From assembly GCA_964604225.1 (NCBI GenBank), contig CAZRYD010000004.1, positions 1 through 56,523 on the forward strand: a stretch of 56,523 bases of DNA. The letters run 5' to 3'. Shown here one piece after another: positions 1 through 9,041 of the stretch; position 1 is the stretch's first letter; every line of letters begins with the position of its first letter. Position numbers and translations under genes: made by a program. The notes under the pieces were generated by a model, which ran no database searches, was not told where the DNA came from, and saw only the letters and a program-made list of their open reading frames with translations. Source of the DNA: an uncultured Caldilineaceae bacterium. GTDB taxonomy: Bacteria > Chloroflexota > Anaerolineae > 4572-78 > J111.

Positions 1-104
1 TGATGCTGCCCTACCTGGGCATCATCGTGGCGCTGGTGCTGCTGGCCGGTCGAACCAGCTTACCGGCGGCCTTGGGGGTGCCCTATCAGCGGGGACAGAA
101 GTAG
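1..104 (+). CDS. C-terminal fragment of an integral-membrane permease, truncated by the window edge; probably the ABC permease partner of the downstream BMP-type binding protein
   Basis: Frame starting at nt 3 reads MLPYLGIIVALVLLAGRTSLPAALGVPYQRGQK and stops at TAG 102-104. It is a hydrophobic helix plus a basic tail. Context is next to a BMP-family binding protein. Confidence 0.45.
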   Translation, partial: MLPYLGIIVALVLLAGRTSLPAALGVPYQRGQK

Positions 105-140
105 TAGAACATATCCCAAAGCTATTTTTTAGAAAAAAGC

Positions 141-170
141 CAGGAGTCCAAAGCGCGCTTTAGACTCCTG
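141..170 (+). terminator. Near-perfect hairpin downstream of the truncated permease gene
   Basis: CAGGAGTC (141-148) pairs with GACTCCTG (163-170). The internal palindrome AAAGCGCGCTTT lies at 150-161. There is no clear T-tract. Confidence 0.35.
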
Positions 171-207
171 CACAATACATTTATTTTCAGAGGGGGAGAT
201 AAAAATT

Positions 208-1272
208 ATGAAAACTCATCAATATTTTGGGTTCATTGTTTTGCTGGTAATGTGGCTTACTCTGACTGCTTGTGGCGGCGCGCCGCAAGCCAGTGAAGCA
301 CCCGCCGAGGCAAGTCAAAGTAAAAAAGTTGAGAATGTGGCCGTGTTGCTGCCCGCCAGCCGCACCGACCAGGGCTGGAACCAGCAGGCGGCGGAGGCGA
401 TGACCGCCGTGCAAAAGGAGCGCGGTTTCAAGCTGGAAGTGGCCGAGAATCTGGGCTACGACGACATCACCCCGGTGCTGCGCGACTTGGCCGAGCGCGG
501 TTTTGATCTGCTCATCTGCCACGCCAGCGGTTATCAGACCGTCTGTCCGGAGTTTGCCAACAAAAATAACGTCAAGGTGGCGGTGGTGGAGAATCCCGGC
601 GCGATTGGGCCGAACGTGTCCGACATCGAAACCCAGGCCCAGGAAGTGGCTTACCTGGCCGGGGTGCTGGCGGCTAGACTGACTCAGAGTAAAACGGTCG
701 GCATGGTGGTTTCCGGCGAACCGCCGACCTGGAACTTTATGACCGTCGGCTTTGCCGAGGGGGTCAAGGCAACCGATCCGGCGGTGAATATTCTGTACAG
801 CGTCATCGGCGAGGCGGCCTACGAGGATGCGGCCGGGGCCAAGCGCGTGACTGAGGCGCAGTTGGCCGCCGGGGCAGACATCATTTTTGGTATGGGCGAT
901 GGCGCTTCGTTTGGCATGATCCAGGCCATTCAGGAGCATAATGCTCAGGCCGGAACGAAAGCCCGCTTCATCGACGTGATTGGCGACAAGAGCAAACAGT
1001 ACCGGGAGGTGCTGCTGACTTCGGTGTTGTTTGACTACAGGGGATTGTACCAGCAGATGATGGACGATATCCAGAGCGGCACGTTTGGCCAGGTTTACAC
1101 GATGGATGTCGCCTCCGGCGGGGTGCGTCTATTGGACCTGCCCGCCGACGTTCCGGCCGAGGTGCAGCAGGCGGTCGAGCGGGCCAAGGCCGACATCATC
1201 GCCGGCAAAATCAAAGTCTCCGCTATCGGCGATGCTGAGGGTATGCGCAAACGACTGGATGAATTGAAATAA
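208..1272 (+). CDS. BMP-family (PnrA/Med-like) ABC transporter substrate-binding lipoprotein
   Basis: 354-aa ORF with a purine-rich SD (GGGGGAG) about 9 nt upstream of the ATG. Signal peptide carries the lipobox LTLTAC. Body resembles basic-membrane-protein/nucleoside-binding proteins (VAVLLPASRTDQGWNQ, MGDGASFG). Confidence 0.8.
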   Translation: MKTHQYFGFIVLLVMWLTLTACGGAPQASEAPAEASQSKKVENVAVLLPASRTDQGWNQQAAEAMTAVQKERGFKLEVAENLGYDDITPVLRDLAERGFDLLICHASGYQTVCPEFANKNNVKVAVVENPGAIGPNVSDIETQAQEVAYLAGVLAARLTQSKTVGMVVSGEPPTWNFMTVGFAEGVKATDPAVNILYSVIGEAAYEDAAGAKRVTEAQLAAGADIIFGMGDGASFGMIQAIQEHNAQAGTKARFIDVIGDKSKQYREVLLTSVLFDYRGLYQQMMDDIQSGTFGQVYTMDVASGGVRLLDLPADVPAEVQQAVERAKADIIAGKIKVSAIGDAEGMRKRLDELK

Positions 1273-1276
1273 AACA

Positions 1277-1379
1277 GTCCACAGATACACACAGATGGAC
1301 GCAGATGAGAAAGAAAAAAGAAATTAAAATTTAGAAATTATCTGTGAAAATCTGTGTCCATCTGTGGACCCTATTTTTT
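1277..1379 (+). terminator. Long imperfect hairpin plus T-tract between the binding-protein gene and the aminotransferase gene (terminator or attenuator-like)
   Basis: Left arm 1277-1306 carries three CAGAT motifs at 10-nt spacing. Right arm 1340-1369 carries three ATCTG motifs at 10-nt spacing. Outer 10 bp GTCCACAGAT/ATCTGTGGAC are perfect. The loop is A-rich and TTTTTT follows at 1374-1379. Confidence 0.45.
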
Positions 1380-1391
1380 AGGAGGACACAA

Positions 1392-2564
1392 ATGGACAAT
1401 TGGCCAATGATGACGCTTTCCGGGGGGCCGGTGGAACTGACCGAACGCACCCTGCGCGACCAGTCTCGCCCGGTGCTGTATCACTACGACCCGGCCTTTA
1501 TCGAGTTATTTGAACGCACCTGCCACTTATTACAGCAGGTTTTTCAGACCCGCTACGATGTGGTCATCATGCAGGGCGAGGCCATTCTGGGCCTGGAAGC
1601 GGCGGCGGCCTGCCTGATTTCGCCCGGCGACAAGGTGCTGAACCTTGTTTCCGGCGTGTTTGGTAAGTGGTACCAGCTTTTTATTGAAAAATACGGCGGC
1701 GAGACGGTCGAACTGGCCGTGCCCTACAACGAAGCGATTGACCCGGAGGACGTGCGTCGGACGTTGGCCCAAAACCCCGACATCAAGTTTTTGTCCGTTG
1801 TCCATTCGGAAACGCCCTCGGCCACGGTTAACCCGGTGCAAGCCATCGGTCCGATTGCCCAGGAGTTTGGCGTGCTGACCATTGTGGACACGGTTTCCGG
1901 CCTGGGCGGCGAACTGCTCAGCCCGGAAATGTGGGGCGTCGACCTGGCCGTGGCCGGGCCGCAGAAGTGTCTGGGCGGCTCGCCGGGCCTGTCGCTCATG
2001 GCCATCAGCCCCAACGCCTGGCGGGTGATGGAACAAAAGCGGCCTGCGCCGGTGCGGGGGAGTTTTATGTCCATTTTGGATTGGAAAGATACCTGGCTGG
2101 ACAAGCGTGTTTTTCCCTACACCCCCTCGGTCAGCCTGGTGTATGCCCTGGAATCGGTGTTGAGCCAGGTGCTGGAAGAAGGCTTGGAACATTTTGCGGC
2201 GCGACACGCCGGCATCGCCAGGGCCTGCCGGGCCGGGGTCAAGGCGCTGGGCCTGGAACTGTGGGCCGCACGCGAGGAGATCGCCGGGGTGGCCGTGACC
2301 GGGGTCAAGCTGCCGCCAGGGATACAAGATAAGCAGCTCAGGCATCACATGCGCGAACGCTACGGGGTGATGATCTCCGGCGGCTACGGCGAACTGGCCG
2401 GCCAGTTGTTCCGCCTGGGGCACATGGGCAAAGCCGCCCACCCGACCTACCTGGCCGCCCAACTCGCTATTTTAGAGCGCAGCCTGGCCGACCTGGGCAG
2501 GCCGATTGACTTCGGCGCAGGCGTCGGTGCAGCCATGGCGGCGTTGGAGGGCTGGGGTAGATAA
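1392..2564 (+). CDS. Class V pyridoxal-phosphate aminotransferase (alanine-glyoxylate / serine-pyruvate aminotransferase family)
   Basis: AGGAGG SD lies 6 nt upstream of ATG 1392, so the ORF-track start at 1344 falls inside the upstream hairpin. Family-typical strings are present: LSGGPVELTERTL, VVHSETPSATVNP, GPQKCLGG (PLP lysine context). Confidence 0.85.
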   Translation: MDNWPMMTLSGGPVELTERTLRDQSRPVLYHYDPAFIELFERTCHLLQQVFQTRYDVVIMQGEAILGLEAAAACLISPGDKVLNLVSGVFGKWYQLFIEKYGGETVELAVPYNEAIDPEDVRRTLAQNPDIKFLSVVHSETPSATVNPVQAIGPIAQEFGVLTIVDTVSGLGGELLSPEMWGVDLAVAGPQKCLGGSPGLSLMAISPNAWRVMEQKRPAPVRGSFMSILDWKDTWLDKRVFPYTPSVSLVYALESVLSQVLEEGLEHFAARHAGIARACRAGVKALGLELWAAREEIAGVAVTGVKLPPGIQDKQLRHHMRERYGVMISGGYGELAGQLFRLGHMGKAAHPTYLAAQLAILERSLADLGRPIDFGAGVGAAMAALEGWGR

Positions 2565-2577
2565 ACTACAGACCTGA

Positions 2578-2611
2578 CAGGTCTGCCAGACCTGTCAGGT
2601 CTAATTCATAA
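2578..2611 (+). terminator. Twin palindromes immediately after the aminotransferase stop
   Basis: CAGACCTGACAGGTCTG (2578-2594) and AGACCTGTCAGGTCT (2597-2611). Each is self-complementary and they are mutually complementary. Confidence 0.45.
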
Positions 2612-2654
2612 GTTAGCTGTCGTAGATAAATAAAATATCATTGCCAGCAATAAG

Positions 2655-2715
2655 AAATATCAGCCCCGGAAAAATAAAATATCAGCCCCGGAAAAAAAGA
2701 TTAGCAGCCCCGGGA
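2655..2715 (+). repeat. Three phased direct repeats containing CAGCCCCGG (22-nt period)
   Basis: AAATATCAGCCCCGGAAAAA occurs at 2655-2674 and 2677-2696. A third core CAGCCCCGG lies at 2705-2713. Cores start at 2661, 2683 and 2705. Confidence 0.7.
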
Positions 2716-2746
2716 TTTAAAATAAAGTATTATTTGGATTAAGATC

Positions 2747-2971
2747 ATGAACGAAACTAAAAGACAGTTTGCTTTATGTATTGATAATACCGATTACGAA
2801 GCGTCGCTGATACTGCACAAGGTTTATAAGATCATTCCCGACGAAAAGGCGGCTCAGGATGACTTGTTGCGAATTGTAGATGAAAGTGGCGAAGATTACC
2901 TCTATCACAAAAGCCATTTTGTTCTGGTTGAGTTTCCAGTAGAGGTGGAACAGGTATTGAGTGCGGCTTGA
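2747..2971 (+). CDS. Small acidic hypothetical protein (74 aa)
   Basis: Isolated ORF with its own downstream rho-independent terminator (3044-3075). I recognise no domain and see no obvious SD. Confidence 0.45.
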   Translation: MNETKRQFALCIDNTDYEASLILHKVYKIIPDEKAAQDDLLRIVDESGEDYLYHKSHFVLVEFPVEVEQVLSAA

Positions 2972-3043
2972 GGCCAAAAATTTCAAATCAGCCGACCACT
3001 TTGCCCAAACGCCCCTACCGATGTACAATCTCTATATCGAAGC

Positions 3044-3075
3044 CCCGCCAGGCACCATCGGCGGGCGCTTTTTTT
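3044..3075 (+). terminator. Rho-independent terminator after the 74-aa ORF
   Basis: CCCGCC (3044-3049) pairs with GGCGGG (3060-3065) and is followed by T-run 3069-3075. Confidence 0.6.
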
Positions 3076-3084
3076 GTGTAAAAT

Positions 3085-3147
3085 GGACCGGAGACCGGCG
3101 ACGGGAGACCGGGCAAACTCCCGGACCCCGGTCTTCGGTCTCCGGTC
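3085..3147 (+). repeat. GC-rich branched palindromic element in the typA leader (GGAGACCGG / CCGGTCTCC type)
   Basis: Perfect 12-bp outer stem GACCGGAGACCG (3086-3097) / CGGTCTCCGGTC (3136-3147). Inner complementary segments are CGGGA/TCCCG and ACCGGG/CCCGGT. A related sequence lies at 21617-21656. Confidence 0.55.
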
Positions 3148-3178
3148 ATTAAAACAAGTTAGTTTGATAGGAAATCTT

Positions 3179-5011
3179 ATGTCTCAACCTCGAACCGATA
3201 TTCGGAATATTGCCATCATCGCCCACGTGGACCACGGCAAAACCACCCTGGTGGACGGCATGCTGCGCCAGACTAATGTCTTCCGGGCCAACCAGCAGTT
3301 AACTGAGCGAGTGTTCGACTCCAACGATCTGGAGCGAGAGCGCGGCATCACCATTTTGGCTAAAAACACCGGCATCGTTTACCACGATATCACCATCAAT
3401 ATTGTGGACACGCCCGGCCACGCCGACTTTGGCGGCGAAGTGGAGCGGGTGATGAATATGGTGGACGGGGTGCTCCTGCTGGTGGACGCGGTCGAAGGGC
3501 CGATGCCCCAAACGCGTTTTGTGCTGCGCCAGGCCCTGGAAAAGGGACACAAGGCCATCGTCGTAGTCAACAAGATTGACCGCCCGGCGGCCCGGCCCGA
3601 TTTTGTGGTCAACGCCACCTTTGACCTGTTCATTGATCTAGGCGCGACGGACGAGCAGGCCGATTTCCCGGTCATCTACACCGTGGCCTTGGAAGGCCGG
3701 GCCGGCTACCAGCCCGACACTCTGGGGCCTGACCTGCGGCCTCTGTTCGACACCATTCTGGACCGCCTGCCGCCGCCGCAGGTCGAAATGGACCAGCCCC
3801 CCCGGCTGTTGGTGACCTCATTGGCCTACGATAACTACATTGGCCGGATTGCCATTGGTCGGCTGTGGAGCGGGACGCTGCGCGGTGGCCAGCCGGTGGT
3901 GTCCATCAACCCGGAAGGACAGGTAATGCCGGGACGAGTGAACCAGGTCTTTAGCTTCCGCGATTTGCAGCGGGTCGAGCAAGAGGCCGTAACGGCGGGT
4001 GACATTGTGGCTGTGGCCGGCCTGCCCAACGTAGGCATTGGCGATACTGTCGCCGACGTGGCCGACCCGCGCTCGCTGCCGCCGATTACGGTCGAAGAGC
4101 CGACGGTGCGTATGACCTTCGCTATCAACGATAGCCCCTTTGCCGGACGGGAGGGCGATTACGTGACCAGCCGCCAACTGCGGGAGCGGCTGCAGCGCGA
4201 GTTGGAGAGCAACGTCGCTTTACGGGTGCAAGATACAGAGAGCGCCGACCGCTTCATCGTCTCCGGGCGGGGCGAACTGCACCTGGCGATTCTGATCGAA
4301 ACGATGCGCCGCGAAGGCTATGAATTTGCCGTCAGCAAGCCGGAAGTGATTTATAAGGACGGCCCGGAGGGGCTGCTGGAGCCGGTGGAGCACGTCTATC
4401 TTGAGGTCAACGGCGATTACCTGGGGGCGGTCAGCGAGATGATTGGCCGGCGGCGGGGTAATCTGCTGAATATGCGCTACGGTGAAGATGGCACGGTTTA
4501 TGCTGAATATTTGGTGCCGACGCGCGGCCTGCTTGGTTTCCGCCAGCCTTTCCTGATCGCCACACGCGGCACGGGTATTTTCCACACCCTCTTCCACGGC
4601 TACGAGCCATACCTGGGCGATATCAACACCCGCGACCGGGGCTCGCTGGTGGCCCTGGAAACCGGCCAGGTGACCTCTTATGCCTTGATGAACTTGCAAG
4701 AGCGGGGTATCCTGTTTATGACGCCGGAGGATCAGGTTTATGCCGGGCAGGTAGTCGGCCAGTACAGCCGGGAGGATGATCTGGTGGTGAATGTTTGCAA
4801 AACCAAGCACCTGACCAACCATCGCAAATCCTTTGCCGAGATCAACGTGGGCCTGACCCCGCCCCGGATCATGTCGCTGGACGAGGCGATTGATTACCTG
4901 GGTGTGGATGAGCTGCTGGAAGTGACGCCCAAGTCGCTGCGAGTACGGAAAAAGCAACTCGATCACAACGTGCGCCAACGGGCGGCCAAGCAAGCCAAGC
5001 AGGAGGCGTGA
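3179..5011 (+). CDS. typA: Translational GTPase TypA/BipA
   Basis: Start chosen at [29 protein letters not shown] (G1 motif). [14 protein letters not shown] (G3) and NKID (G4) are present. Length of 610 aa is typical. Confidence 0.95.
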   Translation: MSQPRTDIRNIAIIAHVDHGKTTLVDGMLRQTNVFRANQQLTERVFDSNDLERERGITILAKNTGIVYHDITINIVDTPGHADFGGEVERVMNMVDGVLLLVDAVEGPMPQTRFVLRQALEKGHKAIVVVNKIDRPAARPDFVVNATFDLFIDLGATDEQADFPVIYTVALEGRAGYQPDTLGPDLRPLFDTILDRLPPPQVEMDQPPRLLVTSLAYDNYIGRIAIGRLWSGTLRGGQPVVSINPEGQVMPGRVNQVFSFRDLQRVEQEAVTAGDIVAVAGLPNVGIGDTVADVADPRSLPPITVEEPTVRMTFAINDSPFAGREGDYVTSRQLRERLQRELESNVALRVQDTESADRFIVSGRGELHLAILIETMRREGYEFAVSKPEVIYKDGPEGLLEPVEHVYLEVNGDYLGAVSEMIGRRRGNLLNMRYGEDGTVYAEYLVPTRGLLGFRQPFLIATRGTGIFHTLFHGYEPYLGDINTRDRGSLVALETGQVTSYALMNLQERGILFMTPEDQVYAGQVVGQYSREDDLVVNVCKTKHLTNHRKSFAEINVGLTPPRIMSLDEAIDYLGVDELLEVTPKSLRVRKKQLDHNVRQRAAKQAKQEA

Positions 5012-5020
5012 TGTGTGCCA

Positions 5021-5074
5021 ATGTCATTTCGACCCGCAAAGCGGGGAGAAATCCCTATGGCCTCGAAATGACAT
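5021..5074 (+). repeat. Inverted-repeat element directly after the typA stop (possible terminator or REP-like element)
   Basis: ATGTCATTTCGA (5021-5032) and TCGAAATGACAT (5063-5074) are perfect 12-bp inverted repeats. They enclose a CCCGC-AAA-GCGGG mini-hairpin. A similar GTCATTCCGAG string sits at the window end (56503-56523). Confidence 0.5.
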
Positions 5075-5098
5075 AAGAGCAAATAGTTAGGGTAAAAG

Positions 5099-5695
5099 AT
5101 GGCTCTGGTTCCTACCCAGTGGTTTCCCTCCGCCTGGTTTGGCTGGCTGCTCATGCTCTGTTTTTGGGGCTGGGCGCTGCTGGAGTTTATACATCACCTG
5201 ATTGGCAAATGGGATCGCCTGGGGGATACCCATCGCACCGCTGATCGCGGCTCGTATTGGCTGCTCATAGGGACGGTTTATGTGTGTTTTTGCCTGGCCT
5301 ATGTGGGGCGCGCCTTGAACTGGGGGGTGGCGCTGGGGGTAAGTCAATATCTGGGCCTGGCCTTGATGGCGGCCGGCATTGCTCTGCGGGAGTGGGCGGT
5401 GCTGGCGCTGGGGCGGCACTTTTCGGTGGTGGTGGCGCTCGAGGCGGACCATCGCCTGGTGACAGCCGGGCCTTATCGCTGGCTGCGTCACCCGGCCTAC
5501 ACCGGCGGCTTGATTGCCACTAACGGCTTTGCCCTGGCCCTGGGCAGTTGGTTAAGTCTCATCCCGATTGTGGCCATTTTGCTGCCAGCCTTTGCTTATC
5601 GCATTCGGCTTGAGGAGCAGCTTTTATTGGCGGCTTTCGGCGACACGTACCGTACTTATATGTCTCGCACCTGGCGGCTTTTTCCGGGGTGGTGA
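5099..5695 (+). CDS. Isoprenylcysteine carboxyl methyltransferase (ICMT)/phospholipid methyltransferase-family membrane protein
   Basis: Multi-pass hydrophobic 198-aa ORF with the family hallmark LVTAGPYRWLRHPAYTGGLI. Confidence 0.75.
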   Translation: MALVPTQWFPSAWFGWLLMLCFWGWALLEFIHHLIGKWDRLGDTHRTADRGSYWLLIGTVYVCFCLAYVGRALNWGVALGVSQYLGLALMAAGIALREWAVLALGRHFSVVVALEADHRLVTAGPYRWLRHPAYTGGLIATNGFALALGSWLSLIPIVAILLPAFAYRIRLEEQLLLAAFGDTYRTYMSRTWRLFPGW

Positions 5696-5715
5696 GGTTG
5701 CTCCAAAAAATAAGC

Positions 5716-5748
5716 GGGGCAGGTCTTAGACCTGCCCCTACTGTTTTT
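5716..5748. terminator. Bidirectional rho-independent terminator between convergent genes
   Basis: GGGGCAGGTC (5716-5725), TTA loop, GACCTGCCCC (5729-5738). An A-run lies upstream and a T-run downstream. Confidence 0.7.
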
Positions 5749-7726
5749 AAGCCGAGATCATTTCTTTTTCGGGGAGGGTCAGCCGGAAGAGACAGAAGTG
5801 TTCGTCGAACCCCTTGATGGAGGTGGCAAAGTGCTCTACCTGAACCCCCAGCGAGGTCAGCAGTTTGTCTACCAGTGGATCTTGGCGCAGTTTCTCCGAG
5901 ATAACTACGTCGCCGCCCTGGCTCTGGCCTTCCAGGCGAGCCGCCAGGTTGACCGTCGTGCCAAAATAATCCAGCCGGTCGTTGAGGTTGACCGCCAGGC
6001 ACGGCCCTTGATGCAAGCCCAATTTGATAAGCAGGGGCTCGTCGGGATGGTTCAGGTTAAACAAATTGATTTCTTGCTGAATAGCCAGAGCCGCGCCGAC
6101 GCCTTTGGCCGGATCAAAAAAGGCGGCCATGATGGCGTCGCCAATAGTTTTTACAATAGCCCCGTCATATTCGCGGATTATCCGCTGCAAAAAGGCAAAC
6201 TGCTCGCGTACCAGGGCATAGGAAGCCGCATCGCCCCAGCGGTTGTACATCGCCGTTGAACCCACCAGATCAGAAAACAGAATGGTCATACCTTGCACCC
6301 CGATTTCTTCGCCGGGACGGAGTACTTCGTCGCTGAAGAGATCACGGAAGTGCTGCAAGGTGGTCACCTCGGCAGCCGTGGCTGCGTTGGTGTACCAGTC
6401 GGCTCGCTCTACATAAATACGTTGGGGATAAGGAGCCTTGTTGATAAGGGTCATGGTGATGAGCCTGTTATCGCTAAGGTTATTTTGATTCGGGGCCGCC
6501 GCTTGGGGTATAAGCTGCAATTGATTGGCGCTGACTTCAACGGTTAAGGCGGTGGTCTGGTTAGGCGGATCGCTATCCAGGGTAAGCCACTGCTCGAGGC
6601 CCGGTTTTTGGGTGCGCAGGCGATAGCCGCCCGCTTCAATCTTGACAGCTAAGACCCGCGTTTCACCCGGCGCGATGATTTGGTGGAGCAGAATATGGGG
6701 CGTCACCATCGGCCCGCCGACACAGTACGTTTGCTCGTGCACCGGGCGGATTTGGGGGTGAGGGGTAAAGGTCAGCTCGACATTTTGGGCCAAATCGGCT
6801 TCAAAATCGATGTTGCAGGTGGCGCAGTGAACCCCTTTCTGCACTTCATCCAGCGAGTGGGCCACAAACTTGGCTCCTCGGCAGAGGGGGCACAAAATAT
6901 CCCAACGCATATTGAGCAGGCCAATTTTGGCCGCGCTGAGGAATAGTTCCAGAATAGCCCGGCGCGGCGCGCTCCAGGCGTCGGCCAGGGCATAAGGCCG
7001 CAAGCGCACCAAATCTTGATCCGGGGCGGTGAGTACTAAATCGGCCAGCCGCTGCGCCCAGCGAAGTTCGTAGCCCTGGGTAGCCAGTTGCCGGGTCAAT
7101 TCTTGCAGGCGGGCTTCGCCTGGCCGGGCCAGAGGAGCGCTTGGCAGCGGAATAACCTGATCAAGCTGCTGCTGAATGGCTGTATCAATCTGCCGAAAAA
7201 CGCGCTCAAAATTACGCCGCGCCTCCCAGCCAAACTGTTGGGGTGATCCCAGCAGGCCGAGGATATTGGCGGGAGTGGCTTCGACGGTATACTTGAGCAA
7301 GGTTCCGGCTGCGTTCGGCTCCAGGAGCATCTTGATGAAGACCTGTGAAAGAGGCCCGTACCTGAAAACTCGTAACACGCTGTACTCGCGCTCTCTGACC
7401 CATTCAAAGGGATGCTCTTCCCACTCAATCGCGATGCCAAATTTACTGGTCTGACCAATCCGTTGGCTGCCGCCTGTTTCCAGGGGTGTTTCGGTATAGT
7501 TCATAGCCGGTAAATAGGCGGCTTGATTAATCCGTTGGGTATCGGCCACATAGGGCCAGAGTTCCGCCGGAGAGCTTTTGAGTTGCCATTGCCATTGATA
7601 TTTTAAGGTTTGCCAGCTCATGAAGGGATAGGTTTTGTTCAACTGCTTAAGGTGTGATTTAAAGTATAACAGAAAGTTGTGGGTAGTGCTATAGGATAAC
7701 ATGGGGGGATACCTGCTCCACTTCAT
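5747..7726 (-). CDS. Class III adenylate/guanylate cyclase with a large N-terminal sensor region containing a Cys4 zinc-ribbon-like motif
   Basis: The C-terminus has cyclase signatures (ILFSDLVGSTAMY, KTIGDAIMAAFF, GLHQGPC, DYFGTTVNLAARL). CPLCRGAKF...HCATCNIDFE lies mid-protein. The start is uncertain, with alternative ATGs at 7702 and 7621. Confidence 0.8.
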   Translation of the reverse strand: MKWSRYPPMLSYSTTHNFLLYFKSHLKQLNKTYPFMSWQTLKYQWQWQLKSSPAELWPYVADTQRINQAAYLPAMNYTETPLETGGSQRIGQTSKFGIAIEWEEHPFEWVREREYSVLRVFRYGPLSQVFIKMLLEPNAAGTLLKYTVEATPANILGLLGSPQQFGWEARRNFERVFRQIDTAIQQQLDQVIPLPSAPLARPGEARLQELTRQLATQGYELRWAQRLADLVLTAPDQDLVRLRPYALADAWSAPRRAILELFLSAAKIGLLNMRWDILCPLCRGAKFVAHSLDEVQKGVHCATCNIDFEADLAQNVELTFTPHPQIRPVHEQTYCVGGPMVTPHILLHQIIAPGETRVLAVKIEAGGYRLRTQKPGLEQWLTLDSDPPNQTTALTVEVSANQLQLIPQAAAPNQNNLSDNRLITMTLINKAPYPQRIYVERADWYTNAATAAEVTTLQHFRDLFSDEVLRPGEEIGVQGMTILFSDLVGSTAMYNRWGDAASYALVREQFAFLQRIIREYDGAIVKTIGDAIMAAFFDPAKGVGAALAIQQEINLFNLNHPDEPLLIKLGLHQGPCLAVNLNDRLDYFGTTVNLAARLEGQSQGGDVVISEKLRQDPLVDKLLTSLGVQVEHFATSIKGFDEHFCLFRLTLPEKEMISA

Positions 7727-7854
7727 CTAACTTGCTTCTTTTGGTAAGGTTCAAGATAGCCCCAGTTTAAACCAACTTAGGCCACTTTTCCAGACCAAAA
7801 ACTATTCATTTTTTGCTCACTTTTGGAAAGACTAAAGTGGAGGGAACGGGACGG

Positions 7855-8988
7855 TTATCGCCATTCGACCGAGCGTGGCTCGGCTGGGGCGGTGAGGTTG
7901 ATGCCGCTAGGGGAACTGTCGGGGTTGGTTCCGGTTTGACGCATCACGCTGACGGTCCAGGTAATCAGACCGTTAGCCGGGCGTTGATCTTTGCTGATCC
8001 GCCAACTGCTGTTCTTGAGCCAGGCTTCGGTGTGGGCGCCGTTGGCCCAGGTAAGCTGCAATACGTAAAACTCATCTTGCGCCAGCAGGCCGGTTGAGGT
8101 CCAATTGAAAAATAGAGTTGAATCGTCAACCACCTGATTGGTGGTGGGGCTGAGTAAACTAGGCGTGGAGTAGGGGGGAGTGGGCAAGACCGTAGGTGTG
8201 GGAGGAATAGTTGGTGTTGGTGTCGGAGTGGGCGGGCTGAGCGGTACGATAATCTGCTGGCCCGGAAAAATCAGGTCGAGACTGGTATCTGGATTGGCGG
8301 CGGAAATGGCTTCAATCGTCGTCCCGTGGTCCAGGGCAATACCCAGCAAAGTGTCTCCAGATTGCACGATATAGGTTATCTGGGGGCCAGCCTCCGTGCT
8401 TTCAGTCGTAGGGCTAACCCTGGCCCCCGAGGGAATGAGCAGCTTTTGCCCAACCTGCAGGTTACTCACATCGTCAATATTATTTAGCTTCAGCAATTCT
8501 TCCACGGGAACGTTATATAAATCGGCGATGGCGGAGGGGTTATCACCAGACTCAACCACGTGAATGTAAGGGGTGGGAGTTAAGGTGGGTGTAGGGGTAG
8601 CGCTTGGCTGCGGAGTATCTGTGACCGTTGGCGTAAGGGTGATGGTTGGCGTTAGGGTAGGGCTGGGCGTGGGACGGGTGGTTTGGGCTGCGTTTTCGGC
8701 ATTGGCGATAAAATTGCCCTGATAACGAGCCACACTGACAACCATGCCCACAATAATTAATACTCCCAGGCCAATTCCTACCCAGGAACCGCTGAAAATG
8801 GAGGTTTTAAGCGGCAGGCTATCTACCGGCTTGCCGCACATCATGCAGGTGACGGCTTTTTGGGCGGCTGGAGCGCCACAATTCAAACAGCGGCGTTGGC
8901 GATGATAGTAAGCGGTTGGTCTGCCACAGATGGGGCAGTGCGTTTCGTGGGCGGTTAACTCGGCCCCACAAGCTGAACATTCAATCAT
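7855..8988 (-). CDS. Membrane-anchored protein: N-terminal double zinc ribbon, one TM helix, Pro/Thr linkers, two LysM peptidoglycan-binding domains, C-terminal beta-rich domain
   Basis: CSACGAEL..HCPICG and CLNCGAP..CMMCG. TM helix is WVGIGLGVLIIVGMVVSV. LysM-like segments are HVVESGDNPSAIADLYNVPVEELLKLNNI...QKLLIP and YIVQSGDTLLGIALDHGTTIEAISAANP...GQQIIVP. Confidence 0.8.
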   Translation of the reverse strand: MIECSACGAELTAHETHCPICGRPTAYYHRQRRCLNCGAPAAQKAVTCMMCGKPVDSLPLKTSIFSGSWVGIGLGVLIIVGMVVSVARYQGNFIANAENAAQTTRPTPSPTLTPTITLTPTVTDTPQPSATPTPTLTPTPYIHVVESGDNPSAIADLYNVPVEELLKLNNIDDVSNLQVGQKLLIPSGARVSPTTESTEAGPQITYIVQSGDTLLGIALDHGTTIEAISAANPDTSLDLIFPGQQIIVPLSPPTPTPTPTIPPTPTVLPTPPYSTPSLLSPTTNQVVDDSTLFFNWTSTGLLAQDEFYVLQLTWANGAHTEAWLKNSSWRISKDQRPANGLITWTVSVMRQTGTNPDSSPSGINLTAPAEPRSVEWR

Positions 8989-9041
8989 AACGGAGACTGA
9001 TTATTATTTATCAAGTCAGAATTGTCAATTATGGGCCAGGG

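Noticed and set aside
187-939. 250-aa minus-strand ORF
   Set aside because: It lies entirely antisense to the well-supported BMP-family binding-protein gene. Its Arg/Gly/His-rich composition is typical of shadow ORFs in GC-rich coding DNA, and I recognise no motif.
1530-2462. 310-aa minus-strand ORF plus several shorter ORFs (1645-2332)
   Set aside because: They are antisense or out-of-frame shadows of the class V aminotransferase gene. Composition is low-complexity Gly/Arg/His/Pro.
2655-2715. Possible CRISPR array
   Set aside because: There are only three short copies with 2-4 nt between the repeat units. There are no spacers of CRISPR length and no cas genes, so I treat it as a phased direct-repeat array.
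4220-4993. 257-aa minus-strand ORF
   Set aside because: It is antisense to typA and has no recognisable domain.
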